NCBI GenBank assembly: GCA_032128875.1 | Contig: JAVLKG010000011.1 | Coordinates: forward strand, 1-64,000 | Length of the DNA stretch: 64,000 nt | Source: Candidatus Melainabacteria bacterium 17Bon1m | GTDB taxonomy: Bacteria; Cyanobacteriota; Vampirovibrionia; Obscuribacterales; Obscuribacteraceae | Direction of reading: 5' to 3' | Shown here: positions 31,401-41,058 of the stretch, in pieces | Layout of the letters: every line of letters starts with the position of its first letter | Position numbering within the stretch: position 1 is the first letter of the stretch | Made by a program: the position numbers and the translations under genes | Notes under the pieces: generated by a model | Told to the model about the DNA's origin: nothing | The model's input: only the letters and a program-made list of their open reading frames with translations | Database searches by the model: none

Positions 31401-32166
31401 TGCGGAGTACGAGGAGCTACTAAACACCAAGGTACGTCCAGTTCTTCGTTCACTTGAGAAAGATTGCATTGAGAAGAAATTGCTCGTCCCGAAAGCGGTC
31501 TACGGGTATTTCCCTGTCCAAGCTGACGGCAACGATTTGATTGTCTACAAAGTGAATGATTCTTTCCTCAAGAAAGTGAAAGAATTGGGTGTAAAAGCAG
31601 GCGATGTTTTGAAGCTGAAAGCTTCTGAAATCCCCGGTCTTGAGGAGTGGACGCGTTTCTCATTCCCTCGCCAAGATCACGCTCGCCATCTTTGCATATC
31701 CGACTTCTTCCATTCGCGAGACGAAGATTTGATTGATATTTTGCCTGCTCAGATTGTCACCATGGGGTCTGGTGCATCCGTCTATTCCGAACAATTATTC
31801 AAGAGCGATAGATACACTGATTATCTGTATTTCCATGGACTTTCCGTGGAGTCGGCAGAAGGACTCGCTGAGGTGATGCACAAACGTGTTCGCGAAGAAC
31901 TTGGACTTGGTAAATTCGACGCTGCAGATCGCAACAAGTTTTTCCAGCAAGGATATCGTGGTACCAGATATAGTTTCGGCTATCCTGCGTGCCCGAATCT
32001 CGAAGACCAAGTTCAACTGTTTCAACTCTTAGAACCGGAGCGTATTGGCGTGTCATTGAGCGAAGAGTTTATGCTCGTGCCGGAGCAATCGACATCAGCT
32101 GTCGTTGTGGTTCATCCTGAAGCTAAATATTTCAACGTAAAACGCCAAGAGTCTCTGATCTCATAA
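28408..32166 (+). CDS. metH: B12-dependent methionine synthase
   Basis: DGAMGT, GINCATGP, GGCCGT, IGERTN, B12 motif GDVHDIGKN...SGLL...GGAA, activation domain RYSFGYPACP. Confidence 0.97.
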   Translation: MKFLDALKEKVLIFDGAMGTSIHTYDLTLDDYEGAENCPEILVVSRPEVIKEIHESFFKVGCDVVETDTFGGSPIVLAEFGLQDRAYELNKRAAELAREVADAYSKDGQQRYVSGSIGPTTKLPSLGHISFDEMCAAYYVQVSGLVDGGVDVLQFETGQDLLQAKAAVVAMVDYFEKIGRKVPIITQVTIEAPPLGTMLVGTDISAALATLCAFPIDVIGINCATGPSEMIDPVQYLTMNTTKYVSCLPNAGLPENVNGQTVYKLTPDDLANSLKYFVNELGVNIIGGCCGTTPAHLKRVVEVIGHVPPKVRHPEYTPAAASIYTSVAMHVDPAPLIIGERTNTNGSRKFKQLLNKEDWDGMVAMARDQEKEGAHVLDVCTAYVGRDEVKDMSTFIRRLNTELQIPQVIDSTEYPVLETALKLIAGRPIINSINLEDGVDKMLKKVRLIKRFGAATIALTIDETGMAKEAEKKLEVAKRIYDLSLAEGLRPEDLIFDALTFTLSTGNEDDRKLGLATLDGIRMIKETLPGVKTVLGVSNISFGFDPHIRQILNSVFLHYAVEAGLDMAIVNAQKILPLYKIDEAERELHRKLVFDERTPDYDPLFKLLEYYQNTDTKAAKSVKDKGPQEIEDILKERIIDGNRVALEKDLDIALKKYAPLEIINSILLEGMKVVGDLFGAGKMQLPFVLQSAETMKASVAYLEQFMEKIEGSQRGTMVLATVKGDVHDIGKNLVDIILSNNGYKVINLGIKQPIENIIASAIENKADCVGMSGLLVKSTVIMKENLEILNQRGIGIPVILGGAALTRRYVEDDCRRVYKGTLFYGQDAFDDLKIMEALASKDEAMIAKMMGAQPGQHNPDADDDADDQGDADGLGDAADQGKANDQNNANGQKDSSDKALRVTEKRTQPETLDFSPGEPEVRPAKNGANSGSELNAQSNATSSSTTTSDVKRNEDTFAPPFWGSKVVEDVPLSEVFKFINENALIRGQWRVRQGDTSNAEYEELLNTKVRPVLRSLEKDCIEKKLLVPKAVYGYFPVQADGNDLIVYKVNDSFLKKVKELGVKAGDVLKLKASEIPGLEEWTRFSFPRQDHARHLCISDFFHSRDEDLIDILPAQIVTMGSGASVYSEQLFKSDRYTDYLYFHGLSVESAEGLAEVMHKRVREELGLGKFDAADRNKFFQQGYRGTRYSFGYPACPNLEDQVQLFQLLEPERIGVSLSEEFMLVPEQSTSAVVVVHPEAKYFNVKRQESLIS

Positions 32167-32744
32167 CTTAAGTAGCCGAGCCGCATGCGGCTCCCTGACC
32201 GGGAGGTTATATGCCTCCCTTACTTAATTGGCACGCGGCTCGCCGGCTCAGATCTCGCATTGTGGCTATCTGGTACCGAAACAAGGTTCTATATATAAGA
32301 AATTAGAACTCTCTGAATTGGGAAAGCTACGCCAGGCTGGAATTTTGCGTTTATGCCTCCTTGGTCGAACCCGCGTTTGCGCCGGGCGGTCGAATGGGGC
32401 ATACCCATACACGAAAATTGGGCCCCTGTAGACCCCGAAAAGACTATGTATTGGTCTAAAAACCCAGCTGGGTGACGCTCTTGCCTTCGCAACCCCGTCG
32501 TCTTGTATCCCCTACCCTGTACATGTTTATAAGCATGGGGGAATTCGGCTATTGAAAAATGGGGGGAGAATGATAACGGGTCCTCCTGCGGGCAGGATTT
32601 CCCGAAGAGACCCGAACAGCCAAATAGCGTTTGTCAGCTTGCAGCTCAGTTGCGAGGGCGCCGTTTGCGGTGCTCGCGGCGCCGCCTATATTCATGCCAG
32701 GGCGCCTTTCGAAAATAGAGTGTGGATTCAAAGCCGGTGCCAAA

Positions 32745-33725
32745 ATGAAAGTAAACAGTATCGAAGATGTCGAAAGATTTTTGACCATTCAAGAGCAAGC
32801 GTTGGGCTCGAGCAGCCCAGAAGTGGCGATAACACTTCAGCGGTTGGCCGGACTTTATCTCGACCAGGGCGATTTGCTCAAAGCAGAAACGATATACGAA
32901 CGCGCGCTCAGCATACTAGAAGTGGCCGCCGCACCTCACCGCGCCAGCGCTGCTGCGGTTGGACAGAAGCTGTATGAGATCAGCCAGAAGAAGAGAGAGA
33001 AGGAAGCTGCTGCGGCACGACGCGGAGGCACGATTCCACCTCATGCGCGCAGAACATTGCAAGATACGCCGCTAACTCTATCCATGGGCGGCATTCCGAC
33101 AGTTGATGCGTACTTCGCAAAAATGAAGTCCACTAACGAACAGCCGCGACTCGGCTCCGCAACAAGCGATCATGAAGAGTTAGGTCTGTCTCACACGGAC
33201 TTGAGCGGTAAGACAGACAAGCCGAAGAAGGTCACCGAATCAATGATCATGGAGGCGCAGTCTGAAATTACACTGCTGCGCCAAATGGTCGGAAGCAAAA
33301 ATGTCTCAGTGGCTGACGCTCTGACAAAACTCGCAGATTTGTACTGTCGCAAAAAAATGTACAAAGAGATGGAGCCTTTGCTCATTGAAGCTCTGCAGAT
33401 TCGCGAAGATACCTTTGGCGAAGAACATCACACCGTCTCGACAGAATTGAAGAATCTTGCGCGCGTGTACATGGCGCAAGAACGCTTTTCAGTTGCAGAG
33501 CCGCTGTTGAAACGTGCGATCAGTATTCGCACCAAAGCATATGGACGCCAACATAGAAGAACCATCGACGCTCTGGAACTTTATGTCAACCTCTTGAAGA
33601 AAACCAACCGATTCGAGAAGGCGGATGAGATTCAACGTCGCATCAATGACCCCAACGACAAGGACGCAATCAGCACGGACACCTCCACCGAGCACGATGT
33701 ATATAAGTTCGACAAAGTGCGGTAG
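32745..33725 (+). CDS. TPR (kinesin-light-chain-like) protein
   Basis: Repeats such as ALGSSSPEVAITLQRLAGLY and FGEEHHTVSTELKNLARVY; likely start ATG 32745 (MKVNS). Confidence 0.8.
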   Translation: MKVNSIEDVERFLTIQEQALGSSSPEVAITLQRLAGLYLDQGDLLKAETIYERALSILEVAAAPHRASAAAVGQKLYEISQKKREKEAAAARRGGTIPPHARRTLQDTPLTLSMGGIPTVDAYFAKMKSTNEQPRLGSATSDHEELGLSHTDLSGKTDKPKKVTESMIMEAQSEITLLRQMVGSKNVSVADALTKLADLYCRKKMYKEMEPLLIEALQIREDTFGEEHHTVSTELKNLARVYMAQERFSVAEPLLKRAISIRTKAYGRQHRRTIDALELYVNLLKKTNRFEKADEIQRRINDPNDKDAISTDTSTEHDVYKFDKVR

Positions 33726-33778
33726 CCGCCCGCTTGAAAGTCTCTCGTAGGACAAACAACAATTTTCGGTGCAGAAGC

Positions 33779-33805
33779 CTAGCCCGGTTTGAACAACCGG
33801 GCTAG
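33779..33805. terminator. Hairpin, possible terminator
   Basis: CTAGCCCGGTT-TGAAC-AACCGGGCTAG perfect 11-bp stem. Confidence 0.5.
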
Positions 33806-33895
33806 TAGCTTGTTTGAGCGCTCCCCAATAATTTCCAAATTGCCAAATACAATTTTTGGCATCAATCCCCTTGCACTCCCTCACATGGAACGACA

Positions 33896-34168
33896 ATGTT
33901 CAACGATTGTCTGTACTCTCAATTGAGAGAATTGTTTCCCGGCAAATGTCGAAGCCGCTCGCTAGAGTCGTTCGAACCTAGCGATATGACGCCATTTATT
34001 GCGCCAGACGGCAGCAAGTTTTACACCGACCAAAGCGGTGACATCATGTATGCCGAGTACGCATCAGGAGCAATCGTCTCCCTGCAACACAGCATTGTCA
34101 CTGCTCGAACCGCTTGCGGCGACCATTGGATCGTCAGCTCAGGTGGTCTCTCCTTCCGCGTCGACTAA
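33896..34168 (+). CDS. Small hypothetical protein
   Basis: 90-aa ORF, GGAA upstream, followed by a hairpin at 34223-34246. Confidence 0.5.
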   Translation: MFNDCLYSQLRELFPGKCRSRSLESFEPSDMTPFIAPDGSKFYTDQSGDIMYAEYASGAIVSLQHSIVTARTACGDHWIVSSGGLSFRVD

Positions 34169-34287
34169 GTCCACTGCAAATTTCGCACAAAGTCCGACAC
34201 AAAGTTTTTCCGCGCTGACAACGAGCTGGGCCCCCGGGCCCGGCTTATGTCATTTCACTCGCATTCAGACTCGATTTCTAACGCTTA

Positions 34288-36267
34288 TTACGACTTAGCG
34301 CCGGCTTTTGCTTGCGACTTGTTCTTGATGCGTTTTACGAACTGGCACATATCGTCGTAGCGACCGAAGGATGGGACGACGTATGTTCCTTGGCACAAGG
34401 GACGAAGTTGTTCCAGCAGTTCTTCCGCGAGTTCCAAACCAACCGCAGCGCCCTGGTCGCCTGCCTTTTCCATGGCTTTGCGAACCTTGTCGGGAATCGT
34501 GATGCCGGGCACTTCGTTGTGCAAGTACTCTGCGTGCTTGAAGCTGTGCAGCGGCATAATGCCAACGAGAATTGGAATTTTGCACTCGCCAAATTCATCG
34601 AGGAAGTTGGTGAGGTCGCTCAATTGATACAGTGGTTGCGTCATCGCGAAGTGAGCACCTGCCTCAATTTTCTTGCCGAAACGATCGAGTTCTTGTGCGC
34701 GATTTTCGTGAGTCGGATTGAGCGCGCATGCGATTGATAGCGATGTTGGCGTTCCAATCGAATTGCCTGCAATGTCCAAGCCCTGATTGAGCTGGCTAAT
34801 GATTTTGATCAAACCTACGGAGTCGACGTCATACACTGCAGTCGCATGCACGTAGTTACCCAGTGCAGGCGGGTCGCCAGTAAGTGCAATGACATTGTGA
34901 ATGCCGAGAGCCTGGCAGCCGAGAAGGTCGGCTTGAATGCCCATCAAGTTGCGGTCGCGTGTGGTGAAGTGGATGATGGTTTCGATTCCGACTTTTGTCG
35001 AGATCAATTGGCAGGTCGCGAGCGATGACATACGCACACGAGCCATCGGGCTGTCTCCGACGTTAATTGCGTCTGCGCCTGCTTCTTTCAATGTTTCCGC
35101 CGCTTGCAATATTTTTCTTGCAATAGCGCCTTTGGGTGGATCGAGTTCTACGCTCACATAGAAATCACCATTTTTCGGATTTGCCTTCGCTGCTGTTAAA
35201 CGCGCTGCCAATGCGGGAAGTTCATTGCCTGGCTTGGGTACTTCCTTCTTAGTTTCTGTAGGACGTGTTTTGCCAGAAAGAGAAATCAGTGCTTCTGGTT
35301 TCATCGCAGGCAAATCTTGAGCAGTCGCAGCCGAAGCGGTTTTCTGCGACTCGATGTATTTGTCAAGCTCCGCTCGCATAGCTTTGATGTGATGCGGAGT
35401 CGTACCACAACATCCACCAATCAAGCGCGCACCCGCTCGCACGTATGGCTCAACATAAGATGCGCAGTAATCAGGTCCTGACATAAATTGATATCTGCCG
35501 CCGCTCAAGCTCGGCTGACCTGCGTTGGGTAAGCATGAATAGTTGAGCTTCGCAGGGTCTACACCACGCTCTTTCAAAGCATGAGACATGCGCAGAAGCG
35601 AATCAAATACTGGTCCCGGACCCGCACCGCAATTGATACCAATGACGTCAGGTGCATCTGCGCCTAACTCGACGAAAAGCTTCACCACATCTTCCGGTGT
35701 CACGCCCAAAAGTGTGTGACCATCTGGGGAGAAACTCATTTGTGCGACGACTGGAAGTTTTGAAACAGCTCTGGCCGCACGAACGGCAATGGCTGTTTCT
35801 TCCAGCGAGGACATTGTTTCGATCATAAACAAATCCACGCCGCCCGCCAAAAGCGCTTCCATTTGCTCTGTAAATGCGTCCTTCAGATCATTGGCGGTTA
35901 CATCACCAATAGGAGCCATCAATTTGCCCGTAGGTCCGACCGAACCTGCGACAAACACCGGTTGCCCGCCGACCTCTCGCGCGTTTCTTGCAACCTTGGC
36001 TGCCCACAAATTGATTTTGTGAGTTTCCGCCTCAAGACCGAACGATGCCAATCTGTACCTGTTGGCAGAGAAAGAGTTTGTCTCGATAACATCAGCACCC
36101 GCGTTGATGTAATCGATGTGGACCTTTTGAATCTCATCCTGCTTGGTCAGGTTGAGGTGCTCGAAGCTTGCTTCCGGGGATGCGCCCCGAGCATAAAGCA
36201 GTGTGCCTATGCCTCCATCTGCAAGTAGAGGTCTTTTCGCGAGCTCTTTGAGGAAGGGATGCGTCAT
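34288..36267 (-). CDS. Bifunctional homocysteine S-methyltransferase / 5,10-methylenetetrahydrofolate reductase (YitJ-like)
   Basis: DGGIGT, GINCGAGP, GGCCGTTP, then MTHFR motifs VELDPP, HFTTRDRN, ALTGDPP, FAMTQP; start at MTHPF after GGAG. Confidence 0.93.
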   Translation of the reverse strand: MTHPFLKELAKRPLLADGGIGTLLYARGASPEASFEHLNLTKQDEIQKVHIDYINAGADVIETNSFSANRYRLASFGLEAETHKINLWAAKVARNAREVGGQPVFVAGSVGPTGKLMAPIGDVTANDLKDAFTEQMEALLAGGVDLFMIETMSSLEETAIAVRAARAVSKLPVVAQMSFSPDGHTLLGVTPEDVVKLFVELGADAPDVIGINCGAGPGPVFDSLLRMSHALKERGVDPAKLNYSCLPNAGQPSLSGGRYQFMSGPDYCASYVEPYVRAGARLIGGCCGTTPHHIKAMRAELDKYIESQKTASAATAQDLPAMKPEALISLSGKTRPTETKKEVPKPGNELPALAARLTAAKANPKNGDFYVSVELDPPKGAIARKILQAAETLKEAGADAINVGDSPMARVRMSSLATCQLISTKVGIETIIHFTTRDRNLMGIQADLLGCQALGIHNVIALTGDPPALGNYVHATAVYDVDSVGLIKIISQLNQGLDIAGNSIGTPTSLSIACALNPTHENRAQELDRFGKKIEAGAHFAMTQPLYQLSDLTNFLDEFGECKIPILVGIMPLHSFKHAEYLHNEVPGITIPDKVRKAMEKAGDQGAAVGLELAEELLEQLRPLCQGTYVVPSFGRYDDMCQFVKRIKNKSQAKAGAKS

Positions 36268-36693
36268 GTGTCTCCGGGTTTCTTTCTTTGGCATAACTCA
36301 GGTTGTCGGGTGAAGGTCTGGAAGTAATTGTCGCCGGCGGTCGCCAATGGTTACCAGAGCGGAAATTGTGCTCCACGCGCCCGAGAGGACGCCAAGCCCA
36401 ACTACACCCTAAAATCGAATTTTAACACGCCGTTAAGGAGCTATGAGACGGGCGCCTGCCTGCGTTACGGAACATCTCACAGCCCCCGAAAGACCGCGCC
36501 CGACCAAATAGAGCAACGGGTTAGTGTGGTTTTATTGCTGATTTCTTGTCAAAACCTTCAGGTGGGCACCTGGCGGGCTTTTCCCTGATATCATACGGTT
36601 TGTTTAGACCACAGGCGCGCGCTCTGGTCTTTGTGAAGCCGCGCTAATAAGAGCTAACGCGTTTAACTCCCAGCAAATTTTATTTGGATCCCA

Positions 36694-38499
36694 GTGACAG
36701 CCGACCCTAATCTCATCCGCAACTTTTCCATCATCGCCCACATCGACCATGGCAAATCGACGCTGGCCGATCGTTTGTTGGAATACACCAAGACTATCGC
36801 CAAGCGCGACATGCAGGCTCAAATCCTCGACACCATGGATATCGAGCGCGAGCGCGGCATCACCATCAAAGCGCAGCCGGCGCGAATGGAATACACGGCG
36901 CAGGATGGCAAGCAATATATTTTGAATCTGATCGACACGCCTGGGCACGTCGACTTCGGTTATGAAGTCTCACGCAGTCTTGCTGCATGCGAAGGCGCGT
37001 TGCTAGTAGTTGATTCTAGTCAGGGCGTTGAAGCGCAAACTTTGGCAAACGTCCACCTTGCGGTGGAGAACAATTTGGAAATCGTGCCAATTATCAACAA
37101 GATCGACTTGCCTAGTGCCGATCCTGAGCGCATCCGCGCTGAGATTGAAGAAGTTATCGGGCTTGATGCCAGCCATGCTGTTTTGGCTTCGGCAAAGAAT
37201 CATATCGGTATTGAAGAAACCCTCGAAGCGATCGTGAATTTCATAGGACCCCCGCAAAATACAGTCGACAAGCCGCTTCGCGCGCTTGTATTTGACAGCT
37301 ATTTTGAAAGCTATCGCGGCATCATCGTTTATTTCCGCGTTAAAGATGGCGAAATCAAAATGGGCGACAAGATTCGCTTCATGAATAACAAGTCCGATTT
37401 CGAGGTCACGGAGTTGGGCGTTCTGCGTCCACAGCAGTACAAGGTCGACAGATTAGGACCCGGTGAAGTAGGTTATCTCGCCGCGTCTATCAAAGACGTA
37501 GCGACGCTCGTCGGCGATACGATTACACTCCAGGACAGACCTGCACCCGAGCCATTGCCGGGTTATCGCCCCGCAAAGCCGATGGTTTTCGCCGGACTCT
37601 ATCCAGTCGACAACGAGCAGTATCCGGATCTCCGCGAAGCGCTCGAAAAGCTGATTCTCAATGACTCTTCCTTGCAGTACGAACCAGAAACTTCCGAGGC
37701 GCTCGGTTTCGGATTTCGTTGTGGATTCCTTGGTTTGCTGCACATGGAAATCATTCAGGAGCGTCTTGAGCGCGAGTACGACTTGCGACTGATTACGACG
37801 GCTCCCTCAGTTGTATATCGCGTGACGAAGACAGATGGCAGTGTTCTTATGATTGAGAACCCTGCATTTTTGCCCGATCCAAACTATCGTACGATGATTG
37901 AAGAGCCATACGTGTCTGCTTCAATCATGGTGCCGAATGACTTCGTCGGGCAGATTATGGAACTCTGCCAGGGGCGCCGCGGTATCTTCCAAGATATGAA
38001 GTACTTGGATCCGCGTCGTGCGATGCTGCATTACGAGCTGCCTTTGGCAGAAATCATCACTGATTTCTTCGACCAATTGAAGTCGCGTTCTCGCGGTTAT
38101 GCAAGTCTCGATTATCACTTTCATGAGTACCGTGAATCCAATCTCGTGAAGCTGGATATTCTCATCAGCGGCGAACCTTGTGATGCCCTCTCTGCGATTG
38201 TTCACCGTGAGCGCGCTGCAAGTTATGGTCGTTTGCTTGCAGAGAAATTGAAAAAGCTTATCCCCAGACAGATGTTTGAAGTTCCGATTCAAGCGGCAAT
38301 CGGCGGCAAGATTATTGCGCGTGAAACAGTTTCAGCCCAGCGCAAAGACGTTTTGTCGAAGTGCTACGGTGGTGACATCTCCCGTAAGCGCAAACTCTTG
38401 GAAAAACAAAAAGAAGGTAAGAAGCGGATGAAGTCCGTTGGACGCGTCGAGATTCCGCAGGAAGCATTTATGGCTGTGCTCAAGCTTGAGGAAGACTAA
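36694..38499 (+). CDS. lepA: Elongation factor 4
   Basis: [62 protein letters not shown]. Confidence 0.99.
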   Translation: MTADPNLIRNFSIIAHIDHGKSTLADRLLEYTKTIAKRDMQAQILDTMDIERERGITIKAQPARMEYTAQDGKQYILNLIDTPGHVDFGYEVSRSLAACEGALLVVDSSQGVEAQTLANVHLAVENNLEIVPIINKIDLPSADPERIRAEIEEVIGLDASHAVLASAKNHIGIEETLEAIVNFIGPPQNTVDKPLRALVFDSYFESYRGIIVYFRVKDGEIKMGDKIRFMNNKSDFEVTELGVLRPQQYKVDRLGPGEVGYLAASIKDVATLVGDTITLQDRPAPEPLPGYRPAKPMVFAGLYPVDNEQYPDLREALEKLILNDSSLQYEPETSEALGFGFRCGFLGLLHMEIIQERLEREYDLRLITTAPSVVYRVTKTDGSVLMIENPAFLPDPNYRTMIEEPYVSASIMVPNDFVGQIMELCQGRRGIFQDMKYLDPRRAMLHYELPLAEIITDFFDQLKSRSRGYASLDYHFHEYRESNLVKLDILISGEPCDALSAIVHRERAASYGRLLAEKLKKLIPRQMFEVPIQAAIGGKIIARETVSAQRKDVLSKCYGGDISRKRKLLEKQKEGKKRMKSVGRVEIPQEAFMAVLKLEED

Positions 38500-39533
38500 T
38501 GCCCAAGGGCAAATCCGGTAAATCGGGCGACGATAAGCCAAAGAAGTCGGCGGCGAAAAAATCGGAACCTAAACCATCTGAGCAAGAACATTTGCAAGCG
38601 CAGAAGTTTATTGATGCTGGCGGCGGTGAGCCGGAAGTTTTTGATGAGGAAATCCAACTCGAGGATTCTCGCGTTTTCAAAATGCTGCAGGGACTACAGC
38701 TCTCTCCAGAGGAAGCACGTGAAGCAGCTGTCAGGCAGCGTAACTTGCTTATTGAATCCTGGAACACTCGCGATGAGCTTTACCGCGAATTATTCGGCGA
38801 GCCTAGATACGTAACTCCTGGTCCCTATGCACCGCCACCGGTGCTAAAGGCTGAGGATGTTATTTTGCCTGAGGATCAAGTAGAGCGCGGCGAAACTGGT
38901 GATCCTGGAAATCCTAATCTCGACGAGCAGCACCTCAATATCCTCGTCTACGCACCGGATCCGACACGCCCTTACTGGACCTATGTCACCGCTGGATTGA
39001 GCAGTCCCTGGCTGCAAGATGCACCTGCGGAAGTTACTGGCTTTGGCTGCGAGATCATGATTAAGACAAAGGAAGATATGCCATGGGCTGCGCAAATTCT
39101 TCGCACCCTGGCGTTCTACATTCTCAATCATGCCGGCACCCTATCGCCTGGTGTTCGAATAGATTTGAACGGACCGATCATTCCGGGCTCCAACTCGAAG
39201 CTCAGTAACATCTTTATTTGGTATCCAGACGATGCACCTGATTGTTGGTATTACCTACCTTCTGGTGGCTTCGGTTTGTTCATAGCTATCGGCATCACGC
39301 CAGACGAAAGACAATTCGCAGAGTCCATTGAAGAATATGGCACTTGGTGCATCCAACAAGTACTTCGCCAGATGGGACACGATCAAGTCACCGATCCTTA
39401 TCGCGGCACGGTTATGGATCAAGAAGGAATTGGCCTTGCTTTGTTGAAGACAAAATCCTTCGCAGATAACTTCCGTGCGAATGTTGCATACGGTAGTGAA
39501 CCCTCATATGGCAATGAGTCTTTTGAGTCGTAA
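38499..39533 (+). CDS. Suppressor-of-fused (SuFu) domain protein
   Basis: YWTYVTAGLS, GFGCEIMIKT, WAAQILRTLA.Y, IGITPDE; TAATG overlap with lepA. Confidence 0.8.
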   Translation: MPKGKSGKSGDDKPKKSAAKKSEPKPSEQEHLQAQKFIDAGGGEPEVFDEEIQLEDSRVFKMLQGLQLSPEEAREAAVRQRNLLIESWNTRDELYRELFGEPRYVTPGPYAPPPVLKAEDVILPEDQVERGETGDPGNPNLDEQHLNILVYAPDPTRPYWTYVTAGLSSPWLQDAPAEVTGFGCEIMIKTKEDMPWAAQILRTLAFYILNHAGTLSPGVRIDLNGPIIPGSNSKLSNIFIWYPDDAPDCWYYLPSGGFGLFIAIGITPDERQFAESIEEYGTWCIQQVLRQMGHDQVTDPYRGTVMDQEGIGLALLKTKSFADNFRANVAYGSEPSYGNESFES

Positions 39534-39538
39534 GCGCC

Positions 39539-39865
39539 GTGTCCAATCGCGAAGACGATGAAGATAACTTCAAACAGTGGCTTGGCGGAAGAGTTCAAGA
39601 CGCAAAACTTACGCCTGGCGAGGTAGAGGAATTCACATCATGGTTGATGTCGCGTTCGTGCGAGACCAAACATGAGGGAACTAAAGTTTCCTTCAAAGAA
39701 GTTTTGGAACTTGCCTCCTGGTTTGGCAGCCGCATGACGAGCGTGTTCTTCAAAGGCGATGAGCGCAAAGAGCTTTCCGGCTGGTTGTCTGATCGCCTTC
39801 AATCGCACAGCTGTCTCAGCGAAGACGAACTCAAACAAATTCAAGACGAACTCCGTGAGAAGTAA
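39539..39865 (+). CDS. Hypothetical protein with four WLxxR repeats
   Basis: FKQWLGGR, FTSWLMSR, LASWFGSR, LSGWLSDR; 5 bp after the SuFu gene. Confidence 0.6.
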   Translation: MSNREDDEDNFKQWLGGRVQDAKLTPGEVEEFTSWLMSRSCETKHEGTKVSFKEVLELASWFGSRMTSVFFKGDERKELSGWLSDRLQSHSCLSEDELKQIQDELREK

Positions 39866-39914
39866 TAACTGTCCGCGTTTGACTTAGGGTCGACGCCATA
39901 CGTCGACCACACTC

Positions 39915-40157
39915 CTAGCGGACGTTCTGCTCTTCATCTTTACGCTTTGCCCACTTACCCATAAGCTCACAGGCGACCGCAACCATGTCGGGGTCAAACT
40001 CTGAGATGTAATCTCGATAGTCGTCGAATTTTGGGTCGGACTTCAAAGTTTCAAAAATGTCGTGCTCCGATTGCCCACTTGCGAGCAGCTCGAGAAGTGC
40101 GTCTTGGAACTTTGCTAGCGTTTCCTCCTCGTTCGCTTTTATTTCTTTATCAGGCAT
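39915..40157 (-). CDS. Small MNIO-associated protein (80 aa)
   Basis: ATG overlaps the MNIO stop (ATGCCTGA), GGAG RBS; helical LAKFQDALLELL...FDPDMVAVACELMGKW. Confidence 0.75.
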   Translation of the reverse strand: MPDKEIKANEEETLAKFQDALLELLASGQSEHDIFETLKSDPKFDDYRDYISEFDPDMVAVACELMGKWAKRKDEEQNVR

Positions 40158-41028
40158 AGCAGAACTCCAAAATTTCTTCCATCGTTTCGAAGTCTTCGCG
40201 GAATTCTTCTTGTGCTTCAGGTTCCATCATCGTGTAACCGAGTCTTTCCATAATCACAAATTCAATGTTGGGACACAGTTTCAGTGCAAGCGTTGCGAGA
40301 TTGAAAACCTCCTGAGGCACGGCATCATCGTGCGTATCACGGCGCACAGCAGCTCGTTTACCCGATATGGAATGGCTCCATGTGCCGCCGGAGAGATGAA
40401 TTTCGCGTACTTTAGCCAGCGGATATGAGTTCAAAAGTTCTAGCTCTGCGACGCCAAAATTTGCTAATTGGCAGTAAATATTGTGCAAGTCTAATAGCAA
40501 GAAACCATCTACCGCGGAAATCAATTGGTCGATAAAATCTCCCTGCCTTTTCACATCTTCGAGGCTGAATGCAAATGCTAGATTCTCCAGTCCCACCGGG
40601 CATTGCGTTGCATCAGCGTAGCGCTTCAGCATCTCCTTGCCTTTGCGCAAGGACTCGGCATTCATTGGTACCGCAAGTGGTGCACCCTGCGCAATTGGTC
40701 CTGCTTCTGAAAAACCAAAATGCTCTGATGCATGAACATATTTTCGAGCCTTGAATTCTTCTCTTGCGTTATCGAGCCATTTCTCTTGGCGTTGTGAAAA
40801 CCGTGCAGAAAGTGGCGATAGATTGACACCGTGCCCTGTCAAAGCCTTCTTCGCGCTGAATTCGTCGAGTATTTTGATACACCATTCGCTGACTTGTGCA
40901 CCATTCCATGAAAAGTCAAAACTCCACTCGATTGCTTTTACTTGCCCGTTTTGAAACAGCGGAACCGTCGCCTGCTCGAAGTCTTCCGTCGGCATCAACG
41001 ATAGTCCAAGTTTAGGTTTGTATTGCAT
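40150..41028 (-). CDS. DUF692 / multinuclear non-heme iron oxidative enzyme (MNIO), ChrH-like
   Basis: Metal-ligand motifs GHG, SEHFGF, VGLENLAF, LLLDLHNIYCQ, EIHLSGG, RRDTHD, IMER; IEWSFD and RRDTHD recall the chryseobasin enzyme ChrH. Confidence 0.9.
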   Translation of the reverse strand: MQYKPKLGLSLMPTEDFEQATVPLFQNGQVKAIEWSFDFSWNGAQVSEWCIKILDEFSAKKALTGHGVNLSPLSARFSQRQEKWLDNAREEFKARKYVHASEHFGFSEAGPIAQGAPLAVPMNAESLRKGKEMLKRYADATQCPVGLENLAFAFSLEDVKRQGDFIDQLISAVDGFLLLDLHNIYCQLANFGVAELELLNSYPLAKVREIHLSGGTWSHSISGKRAAVRRDTHDDAVPQEVFNLATLALKLCPNIEFVIMERLGYTMMEPEAQEEFREDFETMEEILEFCYA

Positions 41029-41058
41029 CCGTCCACCTGGTCTCGTTCTGCGAAATAC

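Noticed and set aside
36268-36690. SAM/SAH riboswitch upstream of the HMT-MTHFR gene
   Set aside because: The reverse complement shows no recognisable SAM-I, SAM-II or SAH consensus.
40140-40165. Frameshifted MNIO pseudogene
   Set aside because: All metal motifs precede the stop, and the downstream ORF has its own RBS and overlapping ATG, as expected for translational coupling.
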